Assembly: GCF_964204645.1 (NCBI RefSeq)
Contig: NC_134036.1
Coordinates: 11,325,859-11,389,858, forward strand
Length of the DNA stretch: 64,000 nucleotides
Reading direction: 5' to 3'
Source of the DNA: Tubulanus polymorphus
Lineage: Eukaryota; Animalia; Nemertea
Shown here piece after piece: positions 36,527 through 49,345 of the stretch. The position numbers and the translations under genes are program-made. Each line of letters opens with the position of its first letter. Position 1 is the stretch's first letter. Under the pieces are notes generated by a model that was not told the origin of the DNA, made no database searches, and saw nothing but the letters and a program-made list of their open reading frames with translations.

Positions 36527-39001
36527 AGTAATAGGGAATATGTTGTTCTAGATCAAAGGTCGAAATAAATTGTACCTTTCCAATGTTGAAATATAGATTA
36601 TATTAGTTAAAAATATATAATCTGATAAATCTGTGAAGATATAGGGTTTATTTCAAATAAGACCTCCTGTGTCTTTATGTCTTTAGTACTTTTAGTACAT
36701 AAAGAATAAATCTTTATATCATTAGTAGTTGAAAAAGGGGGTATTATTTGAAATATTATATATTTTCACAGATTTATGTAATTTCTCAACCACTTAATGA
36801 AGATTCAATGTATTGTTCATTATTTGGGTCATTGTTCCATGATTCAATGAATTTCTTTGCGCATAATATGTATTTAATTCATTAATACGTATTTAATACC
36901 ATTAATACGTATTTGATACGTATTTAATACATTGATACGTATTTAATACGTATCAAATACATTGATACCTAAAACCCCCTTTTTGATTAACTAATAGTTC
37001 ATACATTTCAGCTTATTTAACAGTCTTATTCGTGATTTATCATTTAGTTTATGAATATACAATCTACGCAATTTAATACTTAAACAGTTTAACAATCTAA
37101 TGGATTCATTGTAATCCTCTTTAATTAATGATAAATGTAAATATATAATTGAATATGATTTATAAATATTATATTTATATTTATTTCCAAATATTTATAA
37201 TAAATCTGTGAGATATATAAATATTGAAACAGAAATATATATGATAAAACTATTTATGATATTTATGTACTAGACGTACGAGTAAGAATCCAAGAATCCA
37301 AGAATTCTTACTTTCTTGGCAAGAATCTTACTTTCTTACTCATACGTCTAGTACATAGATATATAAATCAGTTTTTATAAAAATTATAAATATAAATTAT
37401 TAATCTAAATATAGAAATAGTTATAATATAATCTATTTTTATATATTTCAGCCAATTTAACAGTCTATTGCTTAATTTGAATTATAAGTTTATCATTTAA
37501 CTCGTGAATATATTTATGATTCCTTAATGATTTTTCATTTTTATATTTTCATTGCATATTTCACAACACTTAATATTATTTATTCGATCTGATAGATAAT
37601 TTATATTTTCTTTCAATTCTGTATATCTAATTTTACAAGAATCGTAGAATTCTAACGTGGGATCATTACGATCGATATCAGGTATATGCGCCAAAACGTT
37701 TTTACTTGAAGACATGAATTTGGTTAAATGAAACCCGCCTTTACCTTTGTTTTATAGTATAAACTGTGAATGAAAATAAACCTGTAAGCATAAAAATTGA
37801 TTTAATATTCTGTTGATTTTTATATATTAGATGTTATAAGTTTAATACATTTTCACTCACTCACTCATTTATTTATTTAATTAATTCACTAATCTGATTC
37901 AATAACTTTTTAATCTTATTTTAATATATATTAATTATTTTTTTCATAATTGATATGTTTAACTGTTTGATAATGTTTTGATTTATGTGATTTTAAATAT
38001 TTACCACCGCAATAACAATTCACTTTTTCATTAGGATTGAATTTTCTAAATTCATTATCTAAATTACATTGAACTGCAACATCTTTGAATGATTGTTCAA
38101 TATCTAATTCACATTGAATACCAATATTTGATGAATTTTCATTATAGATAATTTGTTTATTATCAAAATTGAAATAATATAATTGTCTTTTTTCAATTAT
38201 AAATTTAATCAAATCATTGTAATCTTTAGAAAGTATTATATCACTTTTTCTTTCATTGAAAGGAGTTTTAAGAATATTAATTATGTTTTCATCCAAAGTT
38301 CCTTTAAAAATGTAAAACTGTTTTGAACATTTTAGGATTGTTAACACCATTATCAAAAGTATCAATTAGTTCAGTAATTAAATATGTTTCATTTGATGAT
38401 ATTTGATTAATCATAGTAATGTTATCAATTTTATAATACCTTGCGGACACTAAATTTGTTGCTGAAATATAATTTCTAATGATAAACTGTGAAAAAAATT
38501 TATTGGTTTCGATTTTGAAGTTGGGTTCTTCTTCTTCTTTCTCCATTTTAATAACAAAACTTTTATCAACACTCATTCAAATATAAATATTCAATGATTC
38601 AAATATGAATTATTTCAATCACACTTTGCTCACACTTTTTATGTTTGAAATTGATTTCAATTCTAACAACTCGTTAATTACTCGTTACTTTTTCTCACAC
38701 ATTTTATGTTTGCCCTTTACTCGCACTTTACTCACACTTTTTATATTGAAAATTGATTTTTTATTATTCAAAATCTATATTTGATCTTATTTTTCTAGAT
38801 TATTATGCTCACACTTTACTCGCACTTTTTAAATATGAATATTTTTAAGAGTAATAGGGAATATGTTGTTCTAGATTAAAGGTTGAGAGGTTGAGTGGGT
38901 AGAAAATGAAAAATAAATTCGAGTGTGCGAGAATTTATTTTTCATTTTCTACTCACTCGACCTTTCGACCTTTGATCTAGAACAACATATTCCCTATTAC
39001 T
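36527..39001. mobile_element. Non-autonomous Polinton/Maverick-like element, AGTA...TACT termini, 6-bp TSD AGGGCA
   Basis: AGTAATAGGGAATATGTTGTTCTAGATCAAAGGTCGAAA at 36527 and its reverse complement ending at 39001; agggca at 36521-36526 and 39002-39007. The interior shares taaaacccccttttt motifs with copy 2 (48650-48885) and has Zn-finger ORF fragments (CYCGGKY..H..H). Confidence 0.85.
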
Positions 39002-39224
39002 AGGGCATTGCTTGAAAAATCTTATTAATTCGTGACTTCAAATTTCTAGAATTTTATATTGTATTTTATCTTTTTAACAGTATTATTTTGTAGTCAAAAA
39101 AGACCGAAGATAAACATTTGTTTGTGGTCTACGTCCAAGATTTTGTAGGGTACAGGCAGGCGTGGCAGGGTAACTATTTTATATTTTCCAAAAAACGTTT
39201 TTTACGATATGAAAAAATATTCAA

Positions 39225-39575
39225 ATAAACTTCATATGATGTCACATATCAGAGGGTGGCTGAATATTGAGTCTTGGGAACGAAACCTCTTCCAATGTAT
39301 GGCCGCGGAAGCTAAAACACCGGTATCAGATTGATTTAAATCCTGGAATTTACCACTACAATATTCAGACCTTAACCTATACCTATAGTTTGCTGCTTAG
39401 TATTTTAAGGTCACAAGCAATTACAATTAAATACAAATTCAATCAAACAGAAAACACAGCGCTCATCTTCTGCTACGACGATTATTCAGCCTGTTATCAT
39501 ATCAAACGTGCACACGCCAAGCAGCGTTACAGCATCACCATATAGAAGTCTGTATGAGCGTGTGTTTGTGTGTGT
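39225..39575 (+). repeat. Dispersed repeat (second copy at about 46790-47120)
   Basis: ttcatatgatgtcacatatcagagggtggctgaatattg...acagcgctcatcttctgcta...aaacgtgcac shared by both copies. Confidence 0.8.
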
Positions 39576-40599
39576 TTGTATCCTAATACTCATCTTCAGG
39601 AATAATGAATTCATTATTCCTGAAGATGACAATTAGGATATAGTCGTTGAAATAAACTACTATCTCGAAGTTTCATTTTCGGACTTTTTATTATCATTGT
39701 GGGATTCTCTCCTCATCGCGTCAACACGGATATAGTGTTCTACCAATCGTAATAATAATAATAAATATAGCTGCAAACAGCGATAACGGGTTTCTGCCTT
39801 TCTGGATAGAATGTCGTTCAGGGATGCGAGCCAAGATTTCACACGAAATCCGTTCGTCACATTTCGTTTTTTGAAAGAGTGCCACCTAGGGGTCAACTCA
39901 CAGCATGGATATGTTGACCCACATGTGCTACTACGCGCATGTGCTACTACGCGCAAAGTACTAATGTGCCAGGTTTTGGGGGAAATAACACCGATAAGAA
40001 CGAAGCTACGGTGTTTTTACCATTCGCTAGTGACAGTTTAAGCGCATATTCGGTTATTATTCGTTCCGGAAAAAGTCATTGGCCTATAGGGTAAACTATG
40101 CAGGAGGGAAGGCCTTATAGTGTTACTATTAGTAGAGGAGTGACTAACAAGTCAGTCAGACAAGTCATCCGATCAGATGGGGACTACATTTCACATATGA
40201 AATTGACGTCCAATAACCATTATACAATCATAATCACGAACGGTACATCACTCCCCATTACTGACTGTCTGTCACTGACCTCTGGCTTGCTATCATTCTT
40301 TATCGGTGCAGTGGGTAGGTATTTTCAACTGACTTTGTTCTTCTATGACATTACCATCGCCGCTGCGTCACGATGGGATGTACATGTACAAGGGACCTCC
40401 AATGTGTAATGTATGTGATGTATAAACTGACTTTAGACCGTTTAATATCGACAATAACAAGGTATCACCGACGCTGACATTTTCAGACGCTAACTAGTAT
40501 GACCCGCCTTTTGGACCGGAACAATTCAATTCATTTAAGAAAACGCGTACCGGTACAATAAATAAATAAACTGCTGTTGATTTTTCGAAGTATTGATAT

Positions 40600-41060
40600 C
40601 CACGAACAAAACTATACTACGAAGATAATTAAACAATTGTCTATCAAAATAATCTTCACCTAAAATATCATTATTCTTATTTCTAATATGACTTATAGAT
40701 TTTAAATGTTCTTTATAATATCTTTTATCACTGAATGATTGATTACATGCATCACATTTATATGTTTCTTTTTCATTCTTTAATTCTTCTAATTTAGTTT
40801 CTAATATATCATCTTTATATTCTAGTTTCAATTTATTCTCTAAATGTGTATTAGTTTTATTGTGTCTTGCTTTTTGGGATTTATCTATATTGATATTACC
40901 TGATGGACAGTAGTACTTATTTGCTTCCATTTTAATACTAAATTTTTTATTAAAATTGATTTTAGAAGTTCAATGATTTAAATGTTATTCATTTATATGA
41001 ATATTTTAAGAGTAATAGGGGTAATGGGCTTTCGGGTTAAAGGTTGAATGGTCGAGTTCA
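40600..41060 (-). mobile_element. Third Polinton relic: PolB N-terminal zinc fingers plus partial terminal repeat
   Basis: NKYYC..RHNKTNTH..YKCDAC..HLKSISH..DILGEDYFD parallels the copy-2 N-terminus; atatgaatattttaagagtaataggg at about 40997-41020 matches 38834-38859. Confidence 0.7.
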
Positions 41061-41959
41061 TTAAAAACAAATATTAAAAGTAATTTGAAACTATAATATA
41101 TTTTCATAACCGTGTGCATTTCAGTTAAATAATGGAATAATAATCAAATCACGATATGTCCAGGAAAAAGACACTCGTTTGCATACTATACTGTATAATT
41201 CCTAAACTGAATGATCAGCCGGTATTGAACAGTATTTGCCAATTCTACATTTGAATGAATCATTTACAAATTAAAATGGAATTTTCCGTTATTAATCTAG
41301 GGAGTCAGTACATTTCCTCGAGTAGTAATTTATCTACATGGAGAATGAAACGTATACTTTCAGCCGGAACAAATTACTGAAAAAGAGGTTTTGAGTCCTG
41401 TTATGGTAAGTGTTGATTGAAAAAATTTATAAGCTAGTGTAAAAGTAGCGCCGTTTATTTTCGATCTGGTTTCACTTATCATAATAATGTAACTTTGGCT
41501 TTTTTCATCAGATGATTGATATTAGGGATATTGATTGATTGATTTATTGTTTGGAATTGTGTGTAGTATTTGAATGTTTTATAATTTTGTCTCATTCCAG
41601 ATCATGTTCTGAATTGTTGATTGGGGGTTATCGCGGCCCAAATTAGAAAGAAAATTGGACAAATGCTGAAACAGTATAAATTGACGAAGTAAATCTGTAA
41701 ATATTTGAAAAAAAAATTCCCATCAACATGTAAGCTTACACAAGTGAGTTATTACATTTGGTTGGTAATTTTGAAACTTCATTTTGTTTTGCCACTATGT
41801 GGATCTCCTTTCAGGCAATAAGTTTTTAGGAAATTGTGAAATATGGATGAAACAATGAAAGAAGTGGTCAAATTTTGACCATTATGAATGTGTGCTTATA
41901 CTTCTTCTTGAATACAGTCGTGTGGAGCTTGAACAATGAGGATGACTGCAGATCACATG

Positions 41960-42260
41960 CGTTAAAAATCACACATGACTGTGTTATGTGACATGTGTGA
42001 TTTACATTCAGGGCCGTATCACACGTACGATTCACATGTGTAAAAATGGGTTAATTAGATTAGAAAATCACACGTGTGATACAGCTTGAATGTGAATCAC
42101 ATGTGTGATTCACATGTGTAAAAATGGGATAAAATCACACGTGTGATTCACATACAAAATCACACGTGTGATTCACATACAAAATCACATGTGTGATAAT
42201 GTCCCATTTTTACACATGTGAATCACACGTGTTTTTTAAAAAATCACATGTGTGATTTTT
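41960..42260. repeat. Cluster of palindromic aatcaca(c/t)gtgtgatt motifs (MITE-like)
   Basis: Many CACATGTG / CACACGTGTG copies in both orientations. Confidence 0.7.
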
Positions 42261-43120
42261 TTGTTAGGGGAAGTTTACTGAAAGTGTTTGTTGGCCGGGC
42301 TAGTTATTTTTAAACAGTTTTTAAATAGTTTTTATTTAAACATAACTAGAACTTGTCATGATCCAATGAAAACATATAACATCTAAATAAAAGAAATCTT
42401 AACATTCATTATATCAGTATATCATCGTAGTTTTCTTATTTTTCATTGGTTTTGTACACTTGATCAAACTGCATAATATAGACACGGACATACGTATAGC
42501 GGAGAAAGAATTCCCGAGATATCTAGAGCTCGTATATGCTTTGCGGATCCTGTTGCCTGCAGTGCGTATATAAGTGCTGAAAGTACTAAAACAAAAGAAT
42601 ACGTAATACAGATTATTCACGAAACCGCATATATCCGTTCGTATGGGGATCAACAGACGGGTGTCCAATCAAAATACGTTTGCATATACGGGATAATCGC
42701 TTCGAATCCGCAATGTATCCATTCATTGCGGTTATGACTAATCAAAGAATACGTCATATAACCGATGCGGATACTGCGGATAATTGTTTCAACTCGTCGA
42801 AACCGTCGAGTCGGATTTCTTTAATCCGTCAAGCATACGTCAAGTGTCAGTTGCGTATCTGTCTAAGTATCAGCAACGGACAACCGACGTATGGTTGGGG
42901 ATCTATCAATACATACGCAGATCCGTTTTCCCGGATTCTTCAATGTCAGTTACGGATTGGGGTCAGATATCAAACATATACGACCATTATCCGTTAAGAA
43001 TACGTCATAAATACGAGGTCGGATATTGGTACTTTTCACCCTGTGGTCAGAGTATCGGTCACGTGCCAGGTGACCCCAGATGTCACAATACGCGTGTCCA
43101 TTGTAGGACACGTGGGCGTG

Positions 43121-43530
43121 GTCGGAGATTGACGGAATTTACCGAGTGCTCACGGAAAACGAGATACCATCATCATGAATATAATCATATATTTGTAACT
43201 GTAGCATCATTGCTTGTTGATTGATCTAATTAAGTGTAATATAAATTTGGATAAAATTATGACTGAAATCTGTGGAACCTTCTGGCTAAAAGACCGATTT
43301 TGTGGCGGAAAAAATCTGAATTTTGGCGAAAGTAAAACACCGTGTATAAAGGCAAAAATGGTTTCGGGGTATGAATACCTCGAGGACTCAGGGTAGAGGT
43401 ACTCATGTTTCTCTTCCACCCCGTTTAAATCTTTCGCCTTTTACTAAAGATTTCCGTGGAGAGGAACAATCAATGAGTCTATTGACTGATTTTTGAAGCC
43501 CTCCTCACCAGGAGGGTAACTTACAACACT
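43121..43530 (+). repeat. About 400-bp direct repeat, left of GPCR 2
   Basis: Highly similar to 45806-46190; its 3' part recurs at 46470-46547. Confidence 0.9.
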
Positions 43531-44018
43531 TACATAAAATGGCGTCCAGCCAATCACCTACGGCATACCGACTATCCGCGTCAACCGGTGGCCTAACTTA
43601 GATTTAAGTCCAGTCTAAGACTATTTTGGTTTTATAGTCGATGTAACATTTTACTACCGATCTGATAACTCTTGGACTATTTAAGGCTCTATTTTAGGGT
43701 GGGTGATTTGCTGTAGGATTTTTACAACCTGATATTTCAAATGGTCAAGGAATGCAGATTAACTTGTTTTGTTAAAAAAAAGCTAACCCCAGTTTTGATG
43801 TCAGTTTTATGAATCAATCTCTTGCATAAACATTATTCAAATACCATCGTCCTTTTTGTCCTTTTATTTTCCAGTTTGAGAAATGTTCGGACAGTTTTGA
43901 TGCCTCTGTATTAGATTCTCTTCCGAGATTTTCTTAAAAATTTAATTGTGGGTTTTTCTACAAAAATCCGGAGCGAGTTCCACTGTAGAATTGTCTCATC
44001 TCAACTCTCGCCAGCTAT

Positions 44019-45080
44019 TCATCGAAAACAAGAACCTCTTCTAGAACAAGCTTTACTTAGAATGTCAAAGGACGATTTTCTGAATTTGTCATTTGTCACA
44101 CAATATATAATGAAATTTACTGACGAATCAACAATAGAAAATGCCAATGCGATTAATCTAAAAGAAAAACCGATAATTCCTATGGGGAACAAATTTCTTC
44201 TACGATCCACAAATCCCAAACCTTCGCAAATAATAAACACGAAAACAACTGATAAAACCATCCTTAAAACCCTCATTTCCCTTCTAGACGATTCATCAGT
44301 TATACCGAGCTGTGAAAGTCGAGTAACCCGACGGTAAAATGTCACCGAAATAAGAATTACATTGATGAAAACCAAAATGAACAGTGGAAACGTGACAGTG
44401 AGAAAGAAGAAAAAAATACGCTCAGAAACTGAATAAATCCAGAAGGATATTGCAAAATTGTACCGGATCACTCCACGCCGTCTTGTGATATAAGGCCAAT
44501 AGTAAGGACAGTTCATGAATCCAAGATGTTTGCGGGGTAGAAATTGACCTAAATGACCACAAAAAGCCAACAAAGAAATAAATAACATTGCGCCCTGTGC
44601 AATCAGCTTTCTGGGAATTCTACGAGATTTTATTGGAAACAATACGACGATTAACCGCTCTAGACTGAGCAGTACAGTGCACCAGTTACGTGTCATCTGA
44701 AATATATAAAAAAACGGCAAAGATATTAAAATAAAAATCCACCCGAACATCCAGTCATCTACGCGGAACAAAATATCTCCCAAAACGGCGTAAATGTACG
44801 CAGTTCTCAGCGGATAAAGAATGAATGTAGCGACCATAAACAAAATATCGTTTATAGCGAGAATTTTGATGAGAAAATAAACATCAGATTTAAACCGTTT
44901 TAGAACTAACAACGTGAATGCGTTGAATGTTATACCCAGTACAGACGCCGGTAGATAACATCCTAAATACATTCTAATGTTGAAACTGAACCTAAATCTA
45001 ACCGGACGAGTTTGGACTCTCTGACACCAGCTGAGCTGCGGGACCGGGCCACTTGTCGTATTGTCGCTAGTAGTGATCAT
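44019..45080 (-). CDS. Intronless rhodopsin-family (class A) GPCR, peptide/FMRFamide-receptor-like
   Basis: 353-aa ORF with 7 TM segments: GITFN, LAIND, LSLERLIVVLFP, VVFVFIICE, DSSVNFIIY..KFR. Confidence 0.9.
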   Translation of the reverse strand: MITTSDNTTSGPVPQLSWCQRVQTRPVRFRFSFNIRMYLGCYLPASVLGITFNAFTLLVLKRFKSDVYFLIKILAINDILFMVATFILYPLRTAYIYAVLGDILFRVDDWMFGWIFILISLPFFYIFQMTRNWCTVLLSLERLIVVLFPIKSRRIPRKLIAQGAMLFISLLAFCGHLGQFLPRKHLGFMNCPYYWPYITRRRGVIRYNFAISFWIYSVSERIFFFFLTVTFPLFILVFINVILISVTFYRRVTRLSQLGITDESSRREMRVLRMVLSVVFVFIICEGLGFVDRRRNLFPIGIIGFSFRLIALAFSIVDSSVNFIIYCVTNDKFRKSSFDILSKACSRRGSCFR

Positions 45081-45805
45081 TTTCGACTGATGTGTCTATC
45101 GGTAGCGTTCTATTGTACGAATCATGTTGAACGATCTGTTAAATGATAAATTGAAGTAAATTGAACCCTGGTTACATCAGACTCCTGCCGAGTATATCGG
45201 ACCAATCAAGCCACGTTTCACCAAGTTATCATTTTTTTATCTCGGTTGAATGCAGTTCAGCTTATAGACCATCGTGGAACATTTGAATAGATGTGTTCTA
45301 GATCGGTCGGAGAGGAGTGAATTGAATCTAATTCTCATATCTTATTAGATAAAGTTTTGTTAAGCCTTCGGTACTAAATTTTCTCTATTCATACATATTA
45401 ATGTAGATATAGGTGAATCTTTCTGGAATATTTTACTGAAATAATCGCGCATCGCTTTCACACAAACCACACACATGAATACGAGAGTTCTCATTTCACA
45501 GTTTGTATGGTCATTCGGGGCCGATAACAAACCCCCTGTTTCGCTCCCGGCACGTGTGGTGGGTTTGTAGGGACACCAAGATCGAAAATCAAACGGAATT
45601 TACCAATCAAATAGATAACTGGGTCAATCCTTATTTTAAGATAAAAAATATTCTGTACTGTTAAAGAAACCTAGTTCAGTAATAACTGTGTTCGAATCTA
45701 TGACACTCCAAAGTTAGGCAGTTTAGCTAATGTTTAGCCGCGATCATACTGAGACGATTTGGTCCGAGTCACATTAGAGGGTGCCGAGTGTGAGTCGTGC
45801 CCCTA

Positions 45806-46190
45806 GTCGGAGATTGACGGAATTTACCGAGCACTCACGGAAAACGAGATACCATCGTCATGAATATAATCATATATTTGTAACTGTAGCATCATTGCTT
45901 GTTGATTGATCTTATTAAATGAGATATAAATTTGGATAAAATTCCGACTGAAATCTGTGGAAACTTCTGGCTAAAAGACCGATTTTGTGGCGGGAAAAAA
46001 TCTAAATTTTGTCGAAAGTAAAACACCGTGTGTAAAGGTAATGGTTTCGGGGTATGAATACCTCGAGGACTCAGGGTAGGTAGGTACTCTGGTTTCTCTT
46101 CAACCTCGTTTAAATCTTTCGCCTTTTACTAAAGACTTCCGTGGAGAGGAACAATCAATGAGTCTATGGACTTAATTTTAAAAGCCCTCC
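45806..46190 (+). repeat. About 390-bp direct repeat, right of GPCR 2
   Basis: Copy of 43121-43505. Confidence 0.9.
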
Positions 46191-47724
46191 TTATGACAAT
46201 AATATAGGAAAAGTACTGTCATTCAATCACAACCAGCCAACTAAATAACGGGGACAATCTCTTGGTTCTATACTGTAAATCTAAATGTATGGATTTAACA
46301 ACTTAGTTTAATCAATGTAACCTCATTGTATTTAGAAGCGGGGGTTTCGACCCCCCACCTCGATTCAGCTCCCCACTAGACCCAGGTGGGTGATTAGCGC
46401 CGTTGTAAATGGGGTCAATCAATTGAGGGACACGTTCCCAATAAAAGAAAGATAAGATTTTTTTTTAAAATTTCCGTGGAGAGGAACAACCAATGAGTCT
46501 ATTGACTGATTTTTGAAGCCCTCCTGACCAGGAGGGTAACTTATAACAATTGGAACACTGCCAGTTTCCTGGAAAACTTAAGTTAGGCCACATGTCAAGG
46601 CATGTTTTCACACGATGCACACTTGAATTCAAACATACGTACCTCATACGTAGGCAGTGGGTCGGTCGGCCGTTTTTATCAAAAATAAAATGTATTTCAA
46701 TGAATCCCAATAAAAAGTTTTCACTCGGTACCTTTGAAGTCGGGTCGGTGGGGGTATGGCAAAAAGACCATTAACATGGGATGGCCTAAAATTCATATGA
46801 TGTCACATATCAGAGGGTGGCTGAATATTGGGTCTTCGAAACCCCTCTTCCAATGTTGGCGGCCGAAGTTAAAATACCGGTTCGTGTTATAATAGATATA
46901 ATATATAACAGATCGTGTTATATCCAGGAATTAACGACTACTACATTCAGACCTCGACCTATACTTTGGATTGCTGCTTAATATTTTCAGGTCACAAGAA
47001 ATTGCAATTTATTACAGCGCTCATCTTCTGCTAGGATCATTCAGCCTATTTGCATGCCAAACGTGCACGCGTTACATCATCACCATTAGTAGTGTACTGT
47101 ACGAGCTTGTGTGAGTGTCGTGTAGCACTCCGTGCGCACGTGGAGGCCTCGTATAAGTGAATGTTCGCTTACACTTAAATTTCATTCAAAACAATCACCG
47201 GGTATTACAATGAAACAATACCTATGGCGGATGTATGAAATAATTACATCCTCACCAGCAATGAGCATTTAAAATTCGCATGTATACGGCACCTAGTCTA
47301 ATGAAACCTACGCCATTCTATGGCTTTCCCATAATTATTTTAGTAATGCCGGAATTCCCCGTATATCCCAAAAACAGCCAATCCCATTCGCTCGTAGAAT
47401 ATATCGAGGTCATTATTATTATTTATAAAATTTTATAAGCGAGAGCTAAGAATTTTCCCGCAAAAAACAGTTTTTCGTTGAATTTTAACTCAGTTGACCA
47501 TGTCATCGACGATGGTTCGCCATGTCTTCAATCGCATCGATTATACGTCATTTAAGCCGAGAACCAATGAAACAAATGCTCACATAAAAAAACGTAGCGC
47601 GATTTTACATGAATTGGCTCAATGCCAACATCATATCGCAATAATATATAAATATATTGTCGTTTACCCTATATTCTGTACACTATTCCAGTGTCAGCAT
47701 TCGGAATCAGTATTTCTCAAAAGC

Positions 47725-47946
47725 TGTTACTTAGAAGATCTAAAAGATGAAGAAATATTAGGTTATTTCTATGAACAAGAATTATCACTTGTACCAAATC
47801 CAGATGAAATAGAATACAAAATAGAAAAAGTATTGAAAACAAAAACTCTTAAAGGAAAAAAGTATTCTTTGGTGAAATATAAAGGATACGATGATAAATT
47901 TAATGAATGGATTGTACCTAGTAAAATTAAAAGAATAAATGAATAA
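47725..47946 (+). pseudogene. Polinton retroviral-like integrase C-terminus with chromodomain
   Basis: YLEDLKDEEILGYFYEQELS..YKIEKVLK..SLVKYKGYDDKFNEWI; catalytic core missing; stop overlaps the ATPase ATG. Confidence 0.85.
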
Positions 47947-48538
47947 AGATTTATTTATATTTGAACCGCATAATATGTTAGTTACTGGAGTAACCAATTG
48001 TGGTAAAACACATTTCATATTAGATTTGTTAGAAACTATTTATAAGAATCATTTTGATAATATAATATTATTCGGTCCTACTTATGAAATGAATAAAACA
48101 TATAATAGGGATATAGTTAAAATAAAAAAGTTTATTATATTAGATCCTAAAACAGTAAAAGAAAATTTAGATAATTGTATAAAAATAGCAATTGATACTT
48201 ATAAAGGATCAAATACATTATTCATTGTAGATGATTGCGCTAATTTACATGATTCAAAAGTGAGAGAAAGTGAGTTATGTTACTTAGCTTTCTCTGGGAG
48301 ACATTTTGGGATAACAACATGGGTTTTAAATCAAAAACATAATTCAATTGTTAAAGACTTTAGGGAGAATATAAGATTTCTAGTTTTATTCTACAATGAA
48401 GATAGAAAATCTATGCAACAATCATTGGAAGAAAATCAAATTATACCTACTGAATTACATGATGAATATATGAATAAATTAAAGAATAATAAAGGTTCAA
48501 AATTATTACTGAGACTACAATTTCCCTATGAATATTAA
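47939..48538 (+). CDS. FtsK/HerA-family (A32-like) genome-packaging ATPase
   Basis: Intact 199 aa; Walker A GVTNCGKT, Walker B LFIVDD, GRH..I...LNQ motif. Confidence 0.9.
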   Translation: MNKDLFIFEPHNMLVTGVTNCGKTHFILDLLETIYKNHFDNIILFGPTYEMNKTYNRDIVKIKKFIILDPKTVKENLDNCIKIAIDTYKGSNTLFIVDDCANLHDSKVRESELCYLAFSGRHFGITTWVLNQKHNSIVKDFRENIRFLVLFYNEDRKSMQQSLEENQIIPTELHDEYMNKLKNNKGSKLLLRLQFPYEY

Positions 48539-48948
48539 TGTATAAAATAACTATTAGTATACCTATGTATTACATACCCTAATACCTGATACCCTATTAG
48601 ATACCCTAATACCTACTATGTATTAGATACCCTATTAGATACCTTAAATACTTAAAACCCCCTTTTTTAAAATAAATATTATCTATACAATTTTCAACCA
48701 ATTTATTTTTATTTTTTCAACTATTATATGAATAAGTTTGAAAATAATAAAGGTTATTTATTATTACTGAGGTTTCAATATAAATTTAAAAAAGAAATAT
48801 AATTTAAGGTATTTTCAAATAATATGTATTAGATATGTATTAGATATGTATTAGATACCTTAAATACTTAAAACCCCCTTTTTTATTTACTATTATTTTA
48901 TACAATTTTCAACTAATATTATTATTTGAGTTAAATATAATTAATATT

Positions 48949-49345
48949 TTAATCACTTTCACTATCATACCCTAACATTTTTTTCAAATTCTCTACCGAA
49001 TTTTCTTCTTCAAATTCTTTATTATTTTTATACTTATTCTTCACCCTTTTTATCGCATCATCAATAGTTGTTTCATTGTTATGCTTATTCATCCAATCAA
49101 ATTTATCACTATTTTCTACTTTATGTTTCATAGAATCTTTAATATCAATATCTGTAACTATATTTTCATTATCATCTTTATAAGTGTTTGCTCCTAATAT
49201 TTCATTTACAATGTTTGATCCTAATATTTTATTAGCATCGGTTAAATCTAATTTATCTTTATTAGGTGTTGCTAATAATAAATCTTCATATAATTCTTTA
49301 CCATTTACTTTTTTATCTGAAACAAACTTTGTAACATATTCAAAT
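48949..49345 (-). pseudogene. 3' part of an unknown Polinton ORF joined to the truncated PolB
   Basis: Open minus-strand frame from about 49350 (HPFEYVTKF...LGYDSESD) with no recognisable PolB thumb motifs. Confidence 0.4.

Noticed and set aside
43948-44337. 129-aa plus-strand ORF and similar antisense ORFs over GPCR, PolB and transposase genes
   Set aside because: Shadows of real opposite-strand coding sequence with no motifs of their own.
47494-47725. N-terminal half of the 150-aa ORF as part of the integrase
   Set aside because: No integrase motifs and different composition; flanking DNA that happens to be in frame with the truncated integrase end.
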